A stretch of DNA of 64,000 nt. Origin: a virus (Duplodnaviria; Heunggongvirae; Uroviricota; Caudoviricetes). A program made the translations under genes and the position numbers. Shown here one piece after another: positions 13,684 to 24,055 of this stretch. The DNA lies in IMG/VR virus record IMGVR_UViG_3300042402_002792. One strand, given 5' to 3'. Each line of letters begins with the position of its first letter. Within the stretch, counting starts at the first letter, position 1. The notes beneath the pieces are model-generated. The model worked only from the letters and a program-made list of their open reading frames with translations, did no database searches and was not told where the DNA came from.

Positions 13684-14145
13684 ATGTCAAAATGTTATCA
13701 GTTAATCGGAGTACCGGCAAGCGGAAAAAGTACCTGGGCCGAAGCTCAAGACTGGGCGCATCTTTGTGCCCACATTAGCACAGACAAATGGGTAGAAATC
13801 TTTGCTAAAGAGATTGGCAGTACTTATAGTCAAGTGTTTACAGACTTTATGCCTACTGCTGTAGAACTTATGGCTAAAGAAGTTGTTGTTGCTCGAGACA
13901 TGGGACGAGATATTATTTGGGACCAAACTAGCACTACTGTAAAAAGTCGTACTAAGAAATTTGCTATGTTGCCAGATTATTATCATATTGCTGTGGTATT
14001 TAAAATACCCGAGCATAAAGAACTTTACCGCAGACTACTTAGCCGGCCAGGCAAGGATATTCCAGATCATGTTATTGCCAGCATGATTGCTAATTTCGAA
14101 ATGCCTACAGAAGAAGAAGGATTTAAAGAAATATGGTACGTATAA
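13684..14145 (+). CDS. Polynucleotide 5'-kinase, matching the T4 Pnk/PseT N-terminal kinase domain only
   Basis: Walker A GVPASGKSTWAEA compared with T4 Pnk GCPGSGKSTWAREF. IIWDQTSTT compared with T4 IISDTNLN. 153 aa, about the kinase-domain length. No HAD phosphatase domain is present. Confidence 0.6.
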   Translation: MSKCYQLIGVPASGKSTWAEAQDWAHLCAHISTDKWVEIFAKEIGSTYSQVFTDFMPTAVELMAKEVVVARDMGRDIIWDQTSTTVKSRTKKFAMLPDYYHIAVVFKIPEHKELYRRLLSRPGKDIPDHVIASMIANFEMPTEEEGFKEIWYV

Positions 14146-14876
14146 TTTTACTTTTATTATTTGTAACACAGAGTGCTTTTGCTCAGCAATGGACGTCAAT
14201 AGAATATTTTGATAAACCGATTCCGATTAAATTTTTTAAATCTGAAAAATCTGGTAAAAACCCTACAGTGTTAATAGTGCATGGAACAGCTGGCGTTTCG
14301 AACAGAGAAGAAAATTGGGCAAGATTTTTTCATAAAAATTCTTATAATGTGTTAATAGTTGATTTTAAAACAGGAAGATTTACTAGTCCACAAGATCGTA
14401 ATAAGGTAAATTTTGAAGGACTTGTTACGTGGACACATCAATGGTTAAAAGATCATCCAGAAGTAGACCCAAATAATATTACTTATATGGGACTAAGTTT
14501 AGGAGGATTTTTAGGTTTTTGGTTAGATAATACAGCCGCATTTAACAACTATATTTTGTTTTACCCAGGATGCTTTCATCTATTAAATAGAAGAGAAGGC
14601 CTTGTTGTAAAGGAAAGAATCAATCCTACATTAATAATATGGGGAGAATCGGACAGTTATGAAGAAGGAACTTACTGTCCTAGAGTTTTAAATAAAATGA
14701 ACGGAAAGGTTTCTGGGCATTCTATTCCTAATGCCGGACATGGATTTGATGGCGATAGATTTGTATCTTCATTTTCTGATCCAGCTAGCCCTAGTGGTCG
14801 AGCAAGTTTAGAACCAAATAACAATGCTTTAAATAGTTCTAGACAAAAAATAATAGAATTTTTATCAATTAAATAA
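14133..14876 (+). CDS. Secreted alpha/beta hydrolase (dienelactone-hydrolase-like)
   Basis: Signal peptide MVRIILLLLFVTQSAFA. GxSxG nucleophile elbow (GLSLGG). 247 aa. Confidence 0.5.
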   Translation: MVRIILLLLFVTQSAFAQQWTSIEYFDKPIPIKFFKSEKSGKNPTVLIVHGTAGVSNREENWARFFHKNSYNVLIVDFKTGRFTSPQDRNKVNFEGLVTWTHQWLKDHPEVDPNNITYMGLSLGGFLGFWLDNTAAFNNYILFYPGCFHLLNRREGLVVKERINPTLIIWGESDSYEEGTYCPRVLNKMNGKVSGHSIPNAGHGFDGDRFVSSFSDPASPSGRASLEPNNNALNSSRQKIIEFLSIK

Positions 14877-14879
14877 CAT

Positions 14880-15467
14880 ATGGATACTTTTGCAGAAATT
14901 TATTACCCAGAGTTAGTAGCTGATGTTCAAAACATATACTGGGATACTATTGATAAAATAGGTAAACAAACTGTAGGACGTACTATTAAAAGTATCACTA
15001 TTGATAAAGAAAATCCTGAACATTATCCATTGTGCCTTTTATATAAAAAATATGAATCAATTTTATCTCCCCATTTTTTACTTATTCATGTAACACCCAA
15101 ATTTACAACTCCGATACATTTAGACGGTGCGTTACCAACAAAACAAAGACAGACAAGTTTTAATATTCCTATAGAAGGATGCAACGGAGAGTGTGTAACT
15201 GAATTTTTTGATATTCCTGAAAATGACTTTTGGATAGATTATCCAAATGCAACTAGATTTTTAAAAGACGGCATTACCGAATCAAAAATCGGTGAATATC
15301 GATTAACTAGTAATCCAGTTTTAGTATGTCCTCAAACACCACATAGAGTCAACAATCTTCAAGGAACTGTTGATAGAATTACAGTTAGTTGGTCGTTAAG
15401 ACGAGACTGGTCATTTCGAAAAGCCTTTAATTTTTTTAAAGAACAAGGTCGACTTGTTTTAAATTAA
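14880..15467 (+). CDS. 2OG-Fe(II) oxygenase-like protein
   Basis: Motifs HLD ... PHRV ... RITVS (HxD, distal His, RxS). Confidence 0.4.
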   Translation: MDTFAEIYYPELVADVQNIYWDTIDKIGKQTVGRTIKSITIDKENPEHYPLCLLYKKYESILSPHFLLIHVTPKFTTPIHLDGALPTKQRQTSFNIPIEGCNGECVTEFFDIPENDFWIDYPNATRFLKDGITESKIGEYRLTSNPVLVCPQTPHRVNNLQGTVDRITVSWSLRRDWSFRKAFNFFKEQGRLVLN

Positions 15468-16289
15468 ACTATTTTCAATACTTGTTGTTATACTTTCGCC
15501 CAACGGTACACGCATAATACCATTTGGTCGTTTATAAAAATTATAAGATAAATCTTCAGTAGTTGCCAGCAGAGCACTGTCACTAGGGATTAGTTCTGTA
15601 TGTAGTTTACAGAATTTTTCTTGATAATGCTTTAGTGTTTCTGCTAATGATGTTATTGACATGTCTCTGCAAATTTTTAATGCTGATCTAAACACCCCAG
15701 GCCCCACATACCCAAATGTTTTTTGAAAAATTTCTAAATGCTGAATCGGTTTTTTACTAAAAATAATTCCAGATCTTAACTCTGGAATACCTAGATTTTT
15801 ACTAAAGCCTAATAAAACTATTTCGGTATTTTCAGGAATTGGTGTTTTAGTCAAACTAGTGCCTATGTATGCTCCGTCTAGTATGTGCATTTTGCTAGGC
15901 CAAGTTGTATTAACTACATTACCATCAACAGCACTAGGACATGATGCGTAACTAATTTCACAAGGGACTTTTTCATTTACTTCTAATCCGGCCTTGATAG
16001 TCTTAAGCCAGAAATAATCTCCTTGTAACAGATGTATATTCTTATACATTAGTCCTAGCGTTTCTAGACCTTGAGTAATGCCATTATTCATTAGATAAGA
16101 ATATCTAAATTGATCTAACTGTATTAACGGATTATACCATTCTTTAACTTCAGAACAAATATCATTTATTTCGGAGTTACCTATTGGTTCAACAAATCTA
16201 TCAACAATCTGAAGCTGATTAATAATACTAGGTAACCGAATAGGGGTTACTTTAGGAAAAGGATACTTTCCTTTTTGATCTAAAAACAT
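15459..16289 (-). CDS. PLP-dependent aminotransferase-like protein (short)
   Basis: 276 aa. SKNLGIPELRSG resembles the SKxxGxxGxRxG PLP-lysine motif of class I/II aminotransferases. Confidence 0.4.
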   Translation of the reverse strand: MFLDQKGKYPFPKVTPIRLPSIINQLQIVDRFVEPIGNSEINDICSEVKEWYNPLIQLDQFRYSYLMNNGITQGLETLGLMYKNIHLLQGDYFWLKTIKAGLEVNEKVPCEISYASCPSAVDGNVVNTTWPSKMHILDGAYIGTSLTKTPIPENTEIVLLGFSKNLGIPELRSGIIFSKKPIQHLEIFQKTFGYVGPGVFRSALKICRDMSITSLAETLKHYQEKFCKLHTELIPSDSALLATTEDLSYNFYKRPNGIMRVPLGESITTSIENSLI

Positions 16290-16299
16290 AGTTAACTTA

Positions 16300-17103
16300 T
16301 TAAGACTTTTTCGGTTTGCTAATTAATTTTGCTATCTGTCCTTCTAGGTCAAATTCCCACCAGCGATGAGTGTTAATTAATTCGCGTTGATTATGATGAT
16401 GGTTATTATGCCAACCAAACCCTAATGTGAGATAACCCACAAGTATGTTATTTTGACTAGTATCAGTCGTATCAAAATTACGATAGTTTAGGAAAGGTAT
16501 GTTCATGTGTGTTATACTACTGACAATATTTTCTCTTGTGTGTTCTAAAATAGCAGGCAGTAGATACAAACTTAGGGCTAGGCTAAGATCAATATATGCC
16601 AGTGCAAGGAAGACAATCCAGTTAATCTTTATAAAGTGTTTACTAATCCACATCAAGAACGGGTCTTTGAACACACGCCTTGAACAATAATTTTGTAAAC
16701 TAATAACCTTGTTAGTGCTTTCTTTTAGTCTGTAGATTAAAAAACTTTGTAGAAATCCATACTGACTAGGACTGCTAGGATCTGCAGGAAGATCTGATAT
16801 CTTATGATGCTTCTGATGAATAGCTACCCAAAAATGTATTGGAGCAAAGCCCCCTAACGTACTAAGAACAGCTAGGGTATACTCTACAGGTTTCCATGTT
16901 TCAAATTGTCTGTGGGCAAAAAGTTTATGACTACCTACACCGTTTCCTATAGGACCAACAAGGAACCATGCGAGCACGACCAACCACCAGTTGATTGTTA
17001 AATGCCCTAGATAAACAGCTATTAACATCATCACAGCTATGATGTGCATGGGCAACCAGTATCTCCAAAAATATCTATTCATAGTATTAAAAAATATTGT
17101 CAT
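16300..17103 (-). CDS. Membrane fatty-acid desaturase
   Basis: Three His boxes (HKLFAHRQF, HQKHHK, HNNHHH) and multiple transmembrane segments. Confidence 0.65.
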   Translation of the reverse strand: MTIFFNTMNRYFWRYWLPMHIIAVMMLIAVYLGHLTINWWLVVLAWFLVGPIGNGVGSHKLFAHRQFETWKPVEYTLAVLSTLGGFAPIHFWVAIHQKHHKISDLPADPSSPSQYGFLQSFLIYRLKESTNKVISLQNYCSRRVFKDPFLMWISKHFIKINWIVFLALAYIDLSLALSLYLLPAILEHTRENIVSSITHMNIPFLNYRNFDTTDTSQNNILVGYLTLGFGWHNNHHHNQRELINTHRWWEFDLEGQIAKLISKPKKS

Positions 17104-17129
17104 ACAGTATTTAACCTATAAATATTTTC

Positions 17130-18614
17130 ATGAAGAAAAATATACATGCATTGCTTATTGGAAGTATTGATTTTGATTTAGTATCTCGGCCTATAGGATT
17201 ATTTAGACTTAGAACTGCTGCTGAAGATCAAGGATTTGATGTTGAGGTAATTGACTATAGTTGGTGTATTAGCGAAAATGAAATGTTAGCCATATGTGAT
17301 CACTGTATAGGAGACAATACATTAGTCTTTGGAATTAGCGGTGTCTGGTGGTCATTTTTAGGTCTAGACGCAGGTACAAAAAAACATTCATGGGCGTGTG
17401 AAAGTTTTTTTAATACATTTAAGAAAAAATATCCGCATGTAAAAATAGTACTAGGGTCGCCGCCAACTGGAATGAATATACCTCGAGTGTTAAAAGATAA
17501 TTCTGATTGGGTTTTTAGCGGATTTTCTGATCAAAGTTTTCCAGAACTGCTTAAAAAACTATCTGGACAAGATTCTACTTTAAAATATTTTAAAGAAAAT
17601 AATCATTATGTAGTTAATAGTAATAGAGATCATATAACGCACGACATGTCAACAATACAGACAAAATGGAAAAAATCTGATGGGTGGACTGAACATCAAC
17701 CTATCCCATTAGAGTTAAGTAGAGGTTGTATTTTTAAATGCGCTTTTTGTAACCATCCATTTCTTGGAAAAAAGTCTTTTGACTATATTAGATCGTCAGA
17801 AAGCATTGCAGACGAATTATCACAAAATTATGAGTTGTTCGGGACTACTAGATACCTATTACTTGATGACACTATGAATGATAGTTTAGAAAAGTTAGAC
17901 CGATTAGACAAGGCTATTGAATTATCTAAAATTCCAAATTTTGAATTCTGTGCCTATATTAAACCAGAAACAATCGTTGCTAACCCTAGCATGATTGAAA
18001 AATTAAAACATCTAGGGTTAAGAGGCGGCTTTGTCGGTATCGAAAGTTTTAATATGCCAGCTAGAAAGATCATAGGAAAAGGGATGGATATTGACAAAGT
18101 TAACGACGTGTGTGCTAAACTAGTATCTCAAAGTAACGCAAAACTTTTTTGTAGTTTAATTTTAGGTCTACCTGGTGATAAATTAGAAGATGCTGATAAA
18201 TGGTTAGACTTTCTAAAAGCAAATAAAAACGATCTTTATTCTTGCTGGAATATGCATCCTTTAGGAATTATGGGAGAGGTTGGAGAGAATGGCGCAAGTT
18301 TAATCGAAAAAAATCCAGAAAAATTTGGATACACATTACTAGGATTTAATCCATCTCAAAATATATGGAATTGGAAGAATGAGAATATGTCTAATATCTC
18401 AGCCAGTCTTAAAGCCAATCAGTTTAGACATAACAGTGCAGGGTATGTAACTGCCGGAGGGTGGGCTGTTGGTAGTCACTGGTATATAGGATCCAGTGAC
18501 GATGTCATTGATAATCAAGAGTTAAAATTAGATAGGCTTGCTAAAGCTACTTCTGCTATTAGTGTTGACCGTAAAAAACAGATTTTGCAATTTTTAAATT
18601 ATTTTGAAAAATAA
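17130..18614 (+). CDS. B12-binding-domain radical SAM enzyme
   Basis: 494 aa. CxxxCxxC (RGCIFKCAFCNH) following an N-terminal Rossmann-like, B12-binding-type region. Confidence 0.55.
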   Translation: MKKNIHALLIGSIDFDLVSRPIGLFRLRTAAEDQGFDVEVIDYSWCISENEMLAICDHCIGDNTLVFGISGVWWSFLGLDAGTKKHSWACESFFNTFKKKYPHVKIVLGSPPTGMNIPRVLKDNSDWVFSGFSDQSFPELLKKLSGQDSTLKYFKENNHYVVNSNRDHITHDMSTIQTKWKKSDGWTEHQPIPLELSRGCIFKCAFCNHPFLGKKSFDYIRSSESIADELSQNYELFGTTRYLLLDDTMNDSLEKLDRLDKAIELSKIPNFEFCAYIKPETIVANPSMIEKLKHLGLRGGFVGIESFNMPARKIIGKGMDIDKVNDVCAKLVSQSNAKLFCSLILGLPGDKLEDADKWLDFLKANKNDLYSCWNMHPLGIMGEVGENGASLIEKNPEKFGYTLLGFNPSQNIWNWKNENMSNISASLKANQFRHNSAGYVTAGGWAVGSHWYIGSSDDVIDNQELKLDRLAKATSAISVDRKKQILQFLNYFEK

Positions 18615-19369
18615 AATTTTATAAACCATGCAGGTATATCTAATTCCCACCATTTATGTCCTAATTTCCAATTATTAGGATCAGCATGATGATTATTGTG
18701 CCAACCTTCTCCCATGGTAAGATATCCAGCCCATAAACTATTTGTTGCTTGATCTTTTTCTAAATTATAATTTTTATAACCGTGTAAATGACAATACCAA
18801 TTTACAAACAAGTTGGCTTCGATTTTCCATAAAACAGCAGCTGGCACAAATACATACCAAAATGCCTTACTGCTAACAGCAAGTATCACAGTGAAAACTA
18901 TTATTAAAATTTTATAGTAATGCTGATCATACCAAAGTAAAAATTTATCACGTAGCAAATCTCTGTATATTTTCATTTGCAATACTTTTTGTCTTTGTTC
19001 TAAAGTAAGTTCCCAACCTATTACAGTATTCCAAAAACCAGTAGTAGGACCGTGGACATCTTTATCTTCTCCCTGGTCGCTGTGTTTATGATGGTGTCTA
19101 TGACTTATAGCAAATTTTAAAGGGCTATGATTGACTTGAAAGATACTTAAAAAAATTATTAAATTATTTTTAAACTTGCTGCCTGCTTCAAAACTACGAT
19201 GACTTACAAGTCGATGGTGTAAACTTAGACACATGTGATTAAATCTAATCATGAACCATAACGGAATTAACCAAAGCCAATCTGCACCCTTATACATTAG
19301 ATAAAAACCAGTTAAGGTTAATATCCAAAACACAATGACAGTAAACTGATATTTAGAAATACGACTCAT
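18599..19369 (-). CDS. Membrane fatty-acid desaturase
   Basis: His boxes HRLVSH, HRHHH and HNNHH. Transmembrane N-terminus. Confidence 0.65.
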   Translation of the reverse strand: MSRISKYQFTVIVFWILTLTGFYLMYKGADWLWLIPLWFMIRFNHMCLSLHHRLVSHRSFEAGSKFKNNLIIFLSIFQVNHSPLKFAISHRHHHKHSDQGEDKDVHGPTTGFWNTVIGWELTLEQRQKVLQMKIYRDLLRDKFLLWYDQHYYKILIIVFTVILAVSSKAFWYVFVPAAVLWKIEANLFVNWYCHLHGYKNYNLEKDQATNSLWAGYLTMGEGWHNNHHADPNNWKLGHKWWELDIPAWFIKFYFSK

Positions 19370-19379
19370 TCAATTTAGA

Positions 19380-20165
19380 TTAAACAGTAGATTCTTTTTT
19401 CATAAAGAAGTGTTTTATCATAAAAGCAGGCGGGTCTATTTCATACCATCTTTCACCTTGCCACCAGCGGCCGGGATTAGCATGATGATTGTTATGCCAT
19501 CCTTCACCTAAAGCTAAAATACTAGCTAGCCAGTTATTATGACTTAGATCTTTTACTTCATAGCGTCGATACCCTAACTGCCACTTGCCAGTAAGATGAG
19601 GAAGTACGCCAATTGCCGCTGCTCCGTGGAAACACCCTATTGCAGGTAAGCAATAGGCAAATGCGGCCAATTTCCAATCTATTAGTGCAAGTATCAAGAT
19701 CGTAAAAAAGTTTAAAGCAAAATAATTTCTATGAACGAATCGCATAGAAGCAGTTTTAAGAAAGGGTACAACATGTCGTTTAGGCATAGATAACGGAGCC
19801 CAAACTGTAAACCATGTTTTAATCCAACCATCTCTAGCAGGATTGTGTGGATCTCGATTAGTATCACTAGTTGTGTGATGTAATCGATGAACGCTACACC
19901 ACATTGCAGGACTTCCTAAACTTGTAAAAATACTCGAAATTAAAAGTATCTTTTCTTTAATAGGTGTTGTTTCAAAACTCTTGTGGCTATAATACCTGTG
20001 AAGTGCTACATTTACTCCAACGATCCCAGTCCATAAAAAACATAAAAATCCTATAAGAGGCCATGTCCACGTAGGGTTATAAAATAACCATACAACTCCT
20101 GCGGTTGCAATAACATGATTTGTTACATGTAATATGCGAAATTTAGTAATATTATTAAAACTCAT
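19380..20165 (-). CDS. Membrane fatty-acid desaturase
   Basis: His boxes HRYYSH, HRLHH and HNNHH. Confidence 0.65.
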   Translation of the reverse strand: MSFNNITKFRILHVTNHVIATAGVVWLFYNPTWTWPLIGFLCFLWTGIVGVNVALHRYYSHKSFETTPIKEKILLISSIFTSLGSPAMWCSVHRLHHTTSDTNRDPHNPARDGWIKTWFTVWAPLSMPKRHVVPFLKTASMRFVHRNYFALNFFTILILALIDWKLAAFAYCLPAIGCFHGAAAIGVLPHLTGKWQLGYRRYEVKDLSHNNWLASILALGEGWHNNHHANPGRWWQGERWYEIDPPAFMIKHFFMKKESTV

Positions 20166-20190
20166 ACCTGTGCCTCTTTTATACTGGTAT

Positions 20191-20814
20191 TTATTTTTTC
20201 CGCCATTCAGGTTTTAGAACTCCGGTTCTTACAATGTAATCTTTGTGTGTATGTGTAACCCTACCCATCATTGCATAAACCCAATCGATATTAGATATTG
20301 TATTAGCAGGTATTTCGCACAGCGTATAAAAATCATATCTATTGTTTATTTCTGGAACTACTTTTATCCCAAAAGCATCAAATGCCCGGTGACGTTTTTT
20401 TTCTGTAATTGTGTGCCATCTAAGTTTTCCTCGAGATTCTGAATAAGAAAACATTTCTAACCAAAGTAACCGTAATCCTCCGTTTGACATTACATTTATT
20501 TTAGGATCTGCTTTTAAATAAGAAACCACCCAACCGTCATTCCACTCTTGAGGAAGATCATATCTAATAGCTACATATGCTAATAGTTGTTCTTCCTGAA
20601 AAATTCCCATCAATATATGATCAGTATCTTCTTCTGACAAATAATATTTTTCAACAGCAGAAAACCATAAGTCTGTCATTTTATAAAAATGCTCATCTTT
20701 AGATATACCTTCTCCTGTTTTTTTAGTCTGCTTTTTAGATATAGAATCAAAATTTCTATAATATATGTCTTTAATTTGAAAAAAATGATCTCGAGTTAGT
20801 ATTTTTACCTGCAT
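20191..20814 (-). CDS. Hypothetical protein
   Basis: 207-aa ORF in the minus-strand operon. Confidence 0.4.
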   Translation of the reverse strand: MQVKILTRDHFFQIKDIYYRNFDSISKKQTKKTGEGISKDEHFYKMTDLWFSAVEKYYLSEEDTDHILMGIFQEEQLLAYVAIRYDLPQEWNDGWVVSYLKADPKINVMSNGGLRLLWLEMFSYSESRGKLRWHTITEKKRHRAFDAFGIKVVPEINNRYDFYTLCEIPANTISNIDWVYAMMGRVTHTHKDYIVRTGVLKPEWRKK

Positions 20815-21344
20815 GGTTTATTCCATTCTTTAAGAACATTTTTATCACCGTAGTATAGTACATGTTGATAACAATCCGATGCATCTCCTTCACAGACCCA
20901 GATGTTTTCTCCTACAAAAAAATCTAAATTAATTTTTTTTAAATCTGAGATCATTTTATAAAATAATCTTTTATTTTTATTACGTGTAATAATTGCTATT
21001 CTAAAATTTGGTTGTTGCTTGCACCAAGAAATTTGTTCAGAAATCATTTCATATAATCCATCATTGATTGACTTTTGAACTGCTGTAACCCTAGGATATT
21101 GCCATGTCCTATTTAAAATTCTATAAGATCCTACAGGCCACCAATCTCGTCTATAGACTGTACTAAAGATTGTAGGATCTTGAGTTTGATTTTTTTTAAA
21201 ATATGTTAATATTTCTTGCTCATCTAAATTGAAACGTTCATCGCTATAATTTAAAGCAAGTTTGCTAGGCAAAGTTGATTGTATTTTCTTATACTGTTCG
21301 AAAACATAACGTCGAGGATCTCGACTGTCAAATAATTCTACCAT
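20805..21344 (-). CDS. Hypothetical protein
   Basis: 179-aa ORF whose start/stop overlaps its neighbours. Confidence 0.4.
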   Translation of the reverse strand: MVELFDSRDPRRYVFEQYKKIQSTLPSKLALNYSDERFNLDEQEILTYFKKNQTQDPTIFSTVYRRDWWPVGSYRILNRTWQYPRVTAVQKSINDGLYEMISEQISWCKQQPNFRIAIITRNKNKRLFYKMISDLKKINLDFFVGENIWVCEGDASDCYQHVLYYGDKNVLKEWNKPCR

Positions 21345-21349
21345 AAATC

Positions 21350-22099
21350 TTAATAGGTATCAAGATGTGATATACCTATTTTTTCTCTAAAGTCATCAGT
21401 AAATTTGCCGTCAATTCTTAAACTATATGTATAGGTTGATATGGCATCACCGCCGTGCCAGTCTAAACTATTAAAAAAGGCAGCTGGGGTATCTATATAA
21501 GTTTTTTCTTTAGTATCAGGATCTAATAGCCAAAACTTTTTTTTACCAGTAGGGTTAATCCAAACAAATTCTTCCCTATGTGGGAAATATTTAGGAGCAT
21601 CTCGATGTACTTGTAAAGTACAATCGTGTTCATTTAAAAAGAATACTATTCTACCTACATCTTCAAAAATTTTAATTTGATAAATCCATTCTAGTAATTT
21701 TGGGAAGTGTTCAGCATTTTCAGTAACTTCTGTATGTTCTGATCTGCCTTTTAAAAAATAATTTTCTAATCTTTTTTCTGGAGGCATATCACGTAATGTT
21801 ACCACTCTACTAGCATTGTACATTTCTTCGTACAGTTTAAAAAACACAGCACGTTGATCCCAATTAAGAGAATTAAAAATTTCTTTATCAAACTCATCAT
21901 GAGAAATTTTGTATTGTTTTGCTAAATCCATAAAAGATTTGCGTTGTTGAAGGTCCCCTAATCCTACACCATATATAGTAGTGCTTGTTTTACTTTTAGC
22001 TAGACCATAACATATTTCTTTATGTAAGGATTGTAAGGTACTTAGATCAATAAAATTAGTTAAATCAATATAGGATTGATTGTTTATACCCTTTAACAT
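21350..22099 (-). CDS. 2OG-Fe(II) oxygenase-like protein
   Basis: Motifs HRD ... WHGG (HxD plus distal His). Confidence 0.4.
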   Translation of the reverse strand: MLKGINNQSYIDLTNFIDLSTLQSLHKEICYGLAKSKTSTTIYGVGLGDLQQRKSFMDLAKQYKISHDEFDKEIFNSLNWDQRAVFFKLYEEMYNASRVVTLRDMPPEKRLENYFLKGRSEHTEVTENAEHFPKLLEWIYQIKIFEDVGRIVFFLNEHDCTLQVHRDAPKYFPHREEFVWINPTGKKKFWLLDPDTKEKTYIDTPAAFFNSLDWHGGDAISTYTYSLRIDGKFTDDFREKIGISHLDTY

Positions 22100-22102
22100 A
22101 AA

Positions 22103-22552
22103 TTACATTTCTTCTATTTTATTCCATGCTGATTCTAGATCATCAAAAGTTGTAGCAAGAGTTAACGGTAAAAAATAATCACCAGTTTTTTGAAAACTCT
22201 GGATCCCACTTAATTTTAAATAAGCTGCTCGTTTATTAGCGTAGTCTGTAAACCACGGTGTATCAGCAATAGATAACAAATCATCAACAGAATTAAACAC
22301 TGTTATAGTATAAGAAGTATCAACAGAATTGTCTCTTGAAAAATACGTTACAATTCCATTTGGTTTCTCTCTAAACTCTAACATTGCTACTGCCAAATCT
22401 TGATAAACTTGTGCGTTATAATACTGAAGCGGAACAATTGGATTATTGTCGGCATCTAAATTATTTTTTTGAAAAATACCTGTTACGCCGTCTAGTCCTT
22501 TATAAACAAGTCCGGGAACAGATGAAACATACTTTGTAAAAGAAATAAACAT
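22103..22552 (-). CDS. Hypothetical protein, paralog of the gene at 23505-23966
   Basis: Shared motif ADNNPIVPLQYYNAQVY compared with ADNQPIIPNQYFNKQVF. CAGGAG ribosome-binding site. Confidence 0.45.
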   Translation of the reverse strand: MFISFTKYVSSVPGLVYKGLDGVTGIFQKNNLDADNNPIVPLQYYNAQVYQDLAVAMLEFREKPNGIVTYFSRDNSVDTSYTITVFNSVDDLLSIADTPWFTDYANKRAAYLKLSGIQSFQKTGDYFLPLTLATTFDDLESAWNKIEEM

Positions 22553-22635
22553 GATTTTCTCCTGATTTGTAACTATTTAGCGATTGATAATTCACTTTAT
22601 TTTTTTCTGAAAAATTTCAAAATAAATATTGTACT

Positions 22636-23508
22636 ATGCAAGATAAAATTTACTTAGATGAAATACCTCACAATCATGCTGTTGACCGATACATCATGGA
22701 TGTAACTGGATCTAAAGAAAAGTGGTTAGCTGTAAAACATAGCTTAGTTAAAAATAAAGCCAAACTGAAAATTTTAGATTATAATCACGAAGCCCTGTCA
22801 GCTGATACTTTAGAAGCTATTCAACGATTTGGGTTTCATGGATGGACCAATAAGAGTATTTTACAACCAAACATTTCTAAATATGGAGGATTAAGCTTTG
22901 TTTATAATCCTAAACATCTAGACGAAATGGACAAAAACTCTAGTACGTTGGGTACAAGTAGAAACACTATAGATCAGTTTTATGATTATAATACTACAAA
23001 TACACCAAATCTAAAAAATAGCTATTTAGACACATATAGTTTTACTGAAAATACAGATTTAAGAAATTTTGGTTATATTAAAGATTTTCTAGATAGTAGA
23101 TCAAAAAGAACGCTTATTAGAAGTCGACTAGGTGTTATCAAAGCAGGAAATCCTAATTTTAAATTTAACGAATATGCATGGCATAGAGACGAGCAAATAT
23201 GTGTAAACATACGTATAAACATACCTATTGTTACAGAATTAGATTATCTGTTTCAATTAAGAGATGAAGAACCCTATCACTTAGAGACAGGGTATGCTTA
23301 TACATGGGACACTACTCACCCGCATAGGGTATATCATTTTGCTGAAACTACTAAAGATAGGATACATTTTGTATTAGGATATAGTCCGTGGTTTGATTTT
23401 GATAAAGAAAATCAATGCTGGATAAAAAATGAGTTTTGGGGTAAACACCCTATACAAATGGTTATGGACGGTGATATATTTTCAGGATTAGAGCTAGTTG
23501 ACAATTAG
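22636..23508 (+). CDS. 2OG-Fe(II) oxygenase-like protein
   Basis: 290 aa. Motifs HRD ... HPHRVYHF ... RIHF. Confidence 0.4.
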   Translation: MQDKIYLDEIPHNHAVDRYIMDVTGSKEKWLAVKHSLVKNKAKLKILDYNHEALSADTLEAIQRFGFHGWTNKSILQPNISKYGGLSFVYNPKHLDEMDKNSSTLGTSRNTIDQFYDYNTTNTPNLKNSYLDTYSFTENTDLRNFGYIKDFLDSRSKRTLIRSRLGVIKAGNPNFKFNEYAWHRDEQICVNIRINIPIVTELDYLFQLRDEEPYHLETGYAYTWDTTHPHRVYHFAETTKDRIHFVLGYSPWFDFDKENQCWIKNEFWGKHPIQMVMDGDIFSGLELVDN

Positions 23509-23966
23509 TCTAAAGATGATGCTGAATCTTCAAACATTTGAGCTGCAACAGCATAATTTGGAGGAAGTTCAGTAAGTTGCTGAGAAGAAAATTTAGCTGT
23601 CATAGTAACATCAATAAGATTTAAAAAATTTTGTCTAGCAGTGTTAAACGATGCTCTTTCCTCTGTTTGTAACAGTTCTCGATACTTTACATCATTTTTG
23701 TAAACTTGTAAGGTTATTATTTCGCTGTTTGCAGGATTAACATACGTATCATAATTGATAAAATCGCCGTCTGAAAAGCAGTTTCTAAAATTTCTTGCAG
23801 CATTCATCCACTCCATGAATACCTGCTTGTTAAAGTATTGGTTAGGGATAATAGGCTGATTATCCGCCGAATTATTTTCAGTAGAAATAATTTCTGCTAC
23901 CATCTGTAAGGGTATATATTTTGCATCAGGGGAGTTAGGTGACCACTTACTAATTATCAAAAACAT
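23505..23966 (-). CDS. Hypothetical protein, paralog of the gene at 22103-22552
   Basis: 153 aa with a conserved N-terminal motif shared with its paralog. Confidence 0.45.
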   Translation of the reverse strand: MFLIISKWSPNSPDAKYIPLQMVAEIISTENNSADNQPIIPNQYFNKQVFMEWMNAARNFRNCFSDGDFINYDTYVNPANSEIITLQVYKNDVKYRELLQTEERASFNTARQNFLNLIDVTMTAKFSSQQLTELPPNYAVAAQMFEDSASSLD

Positions 23967-24055
23967 GATTTAAATTCCTTTTAACACACGTATATTTATT
24001 ATCAACCTAATAATTGAAGGTAAAGCTGACCTTTTAAACTGCGTACTTTTTACTA

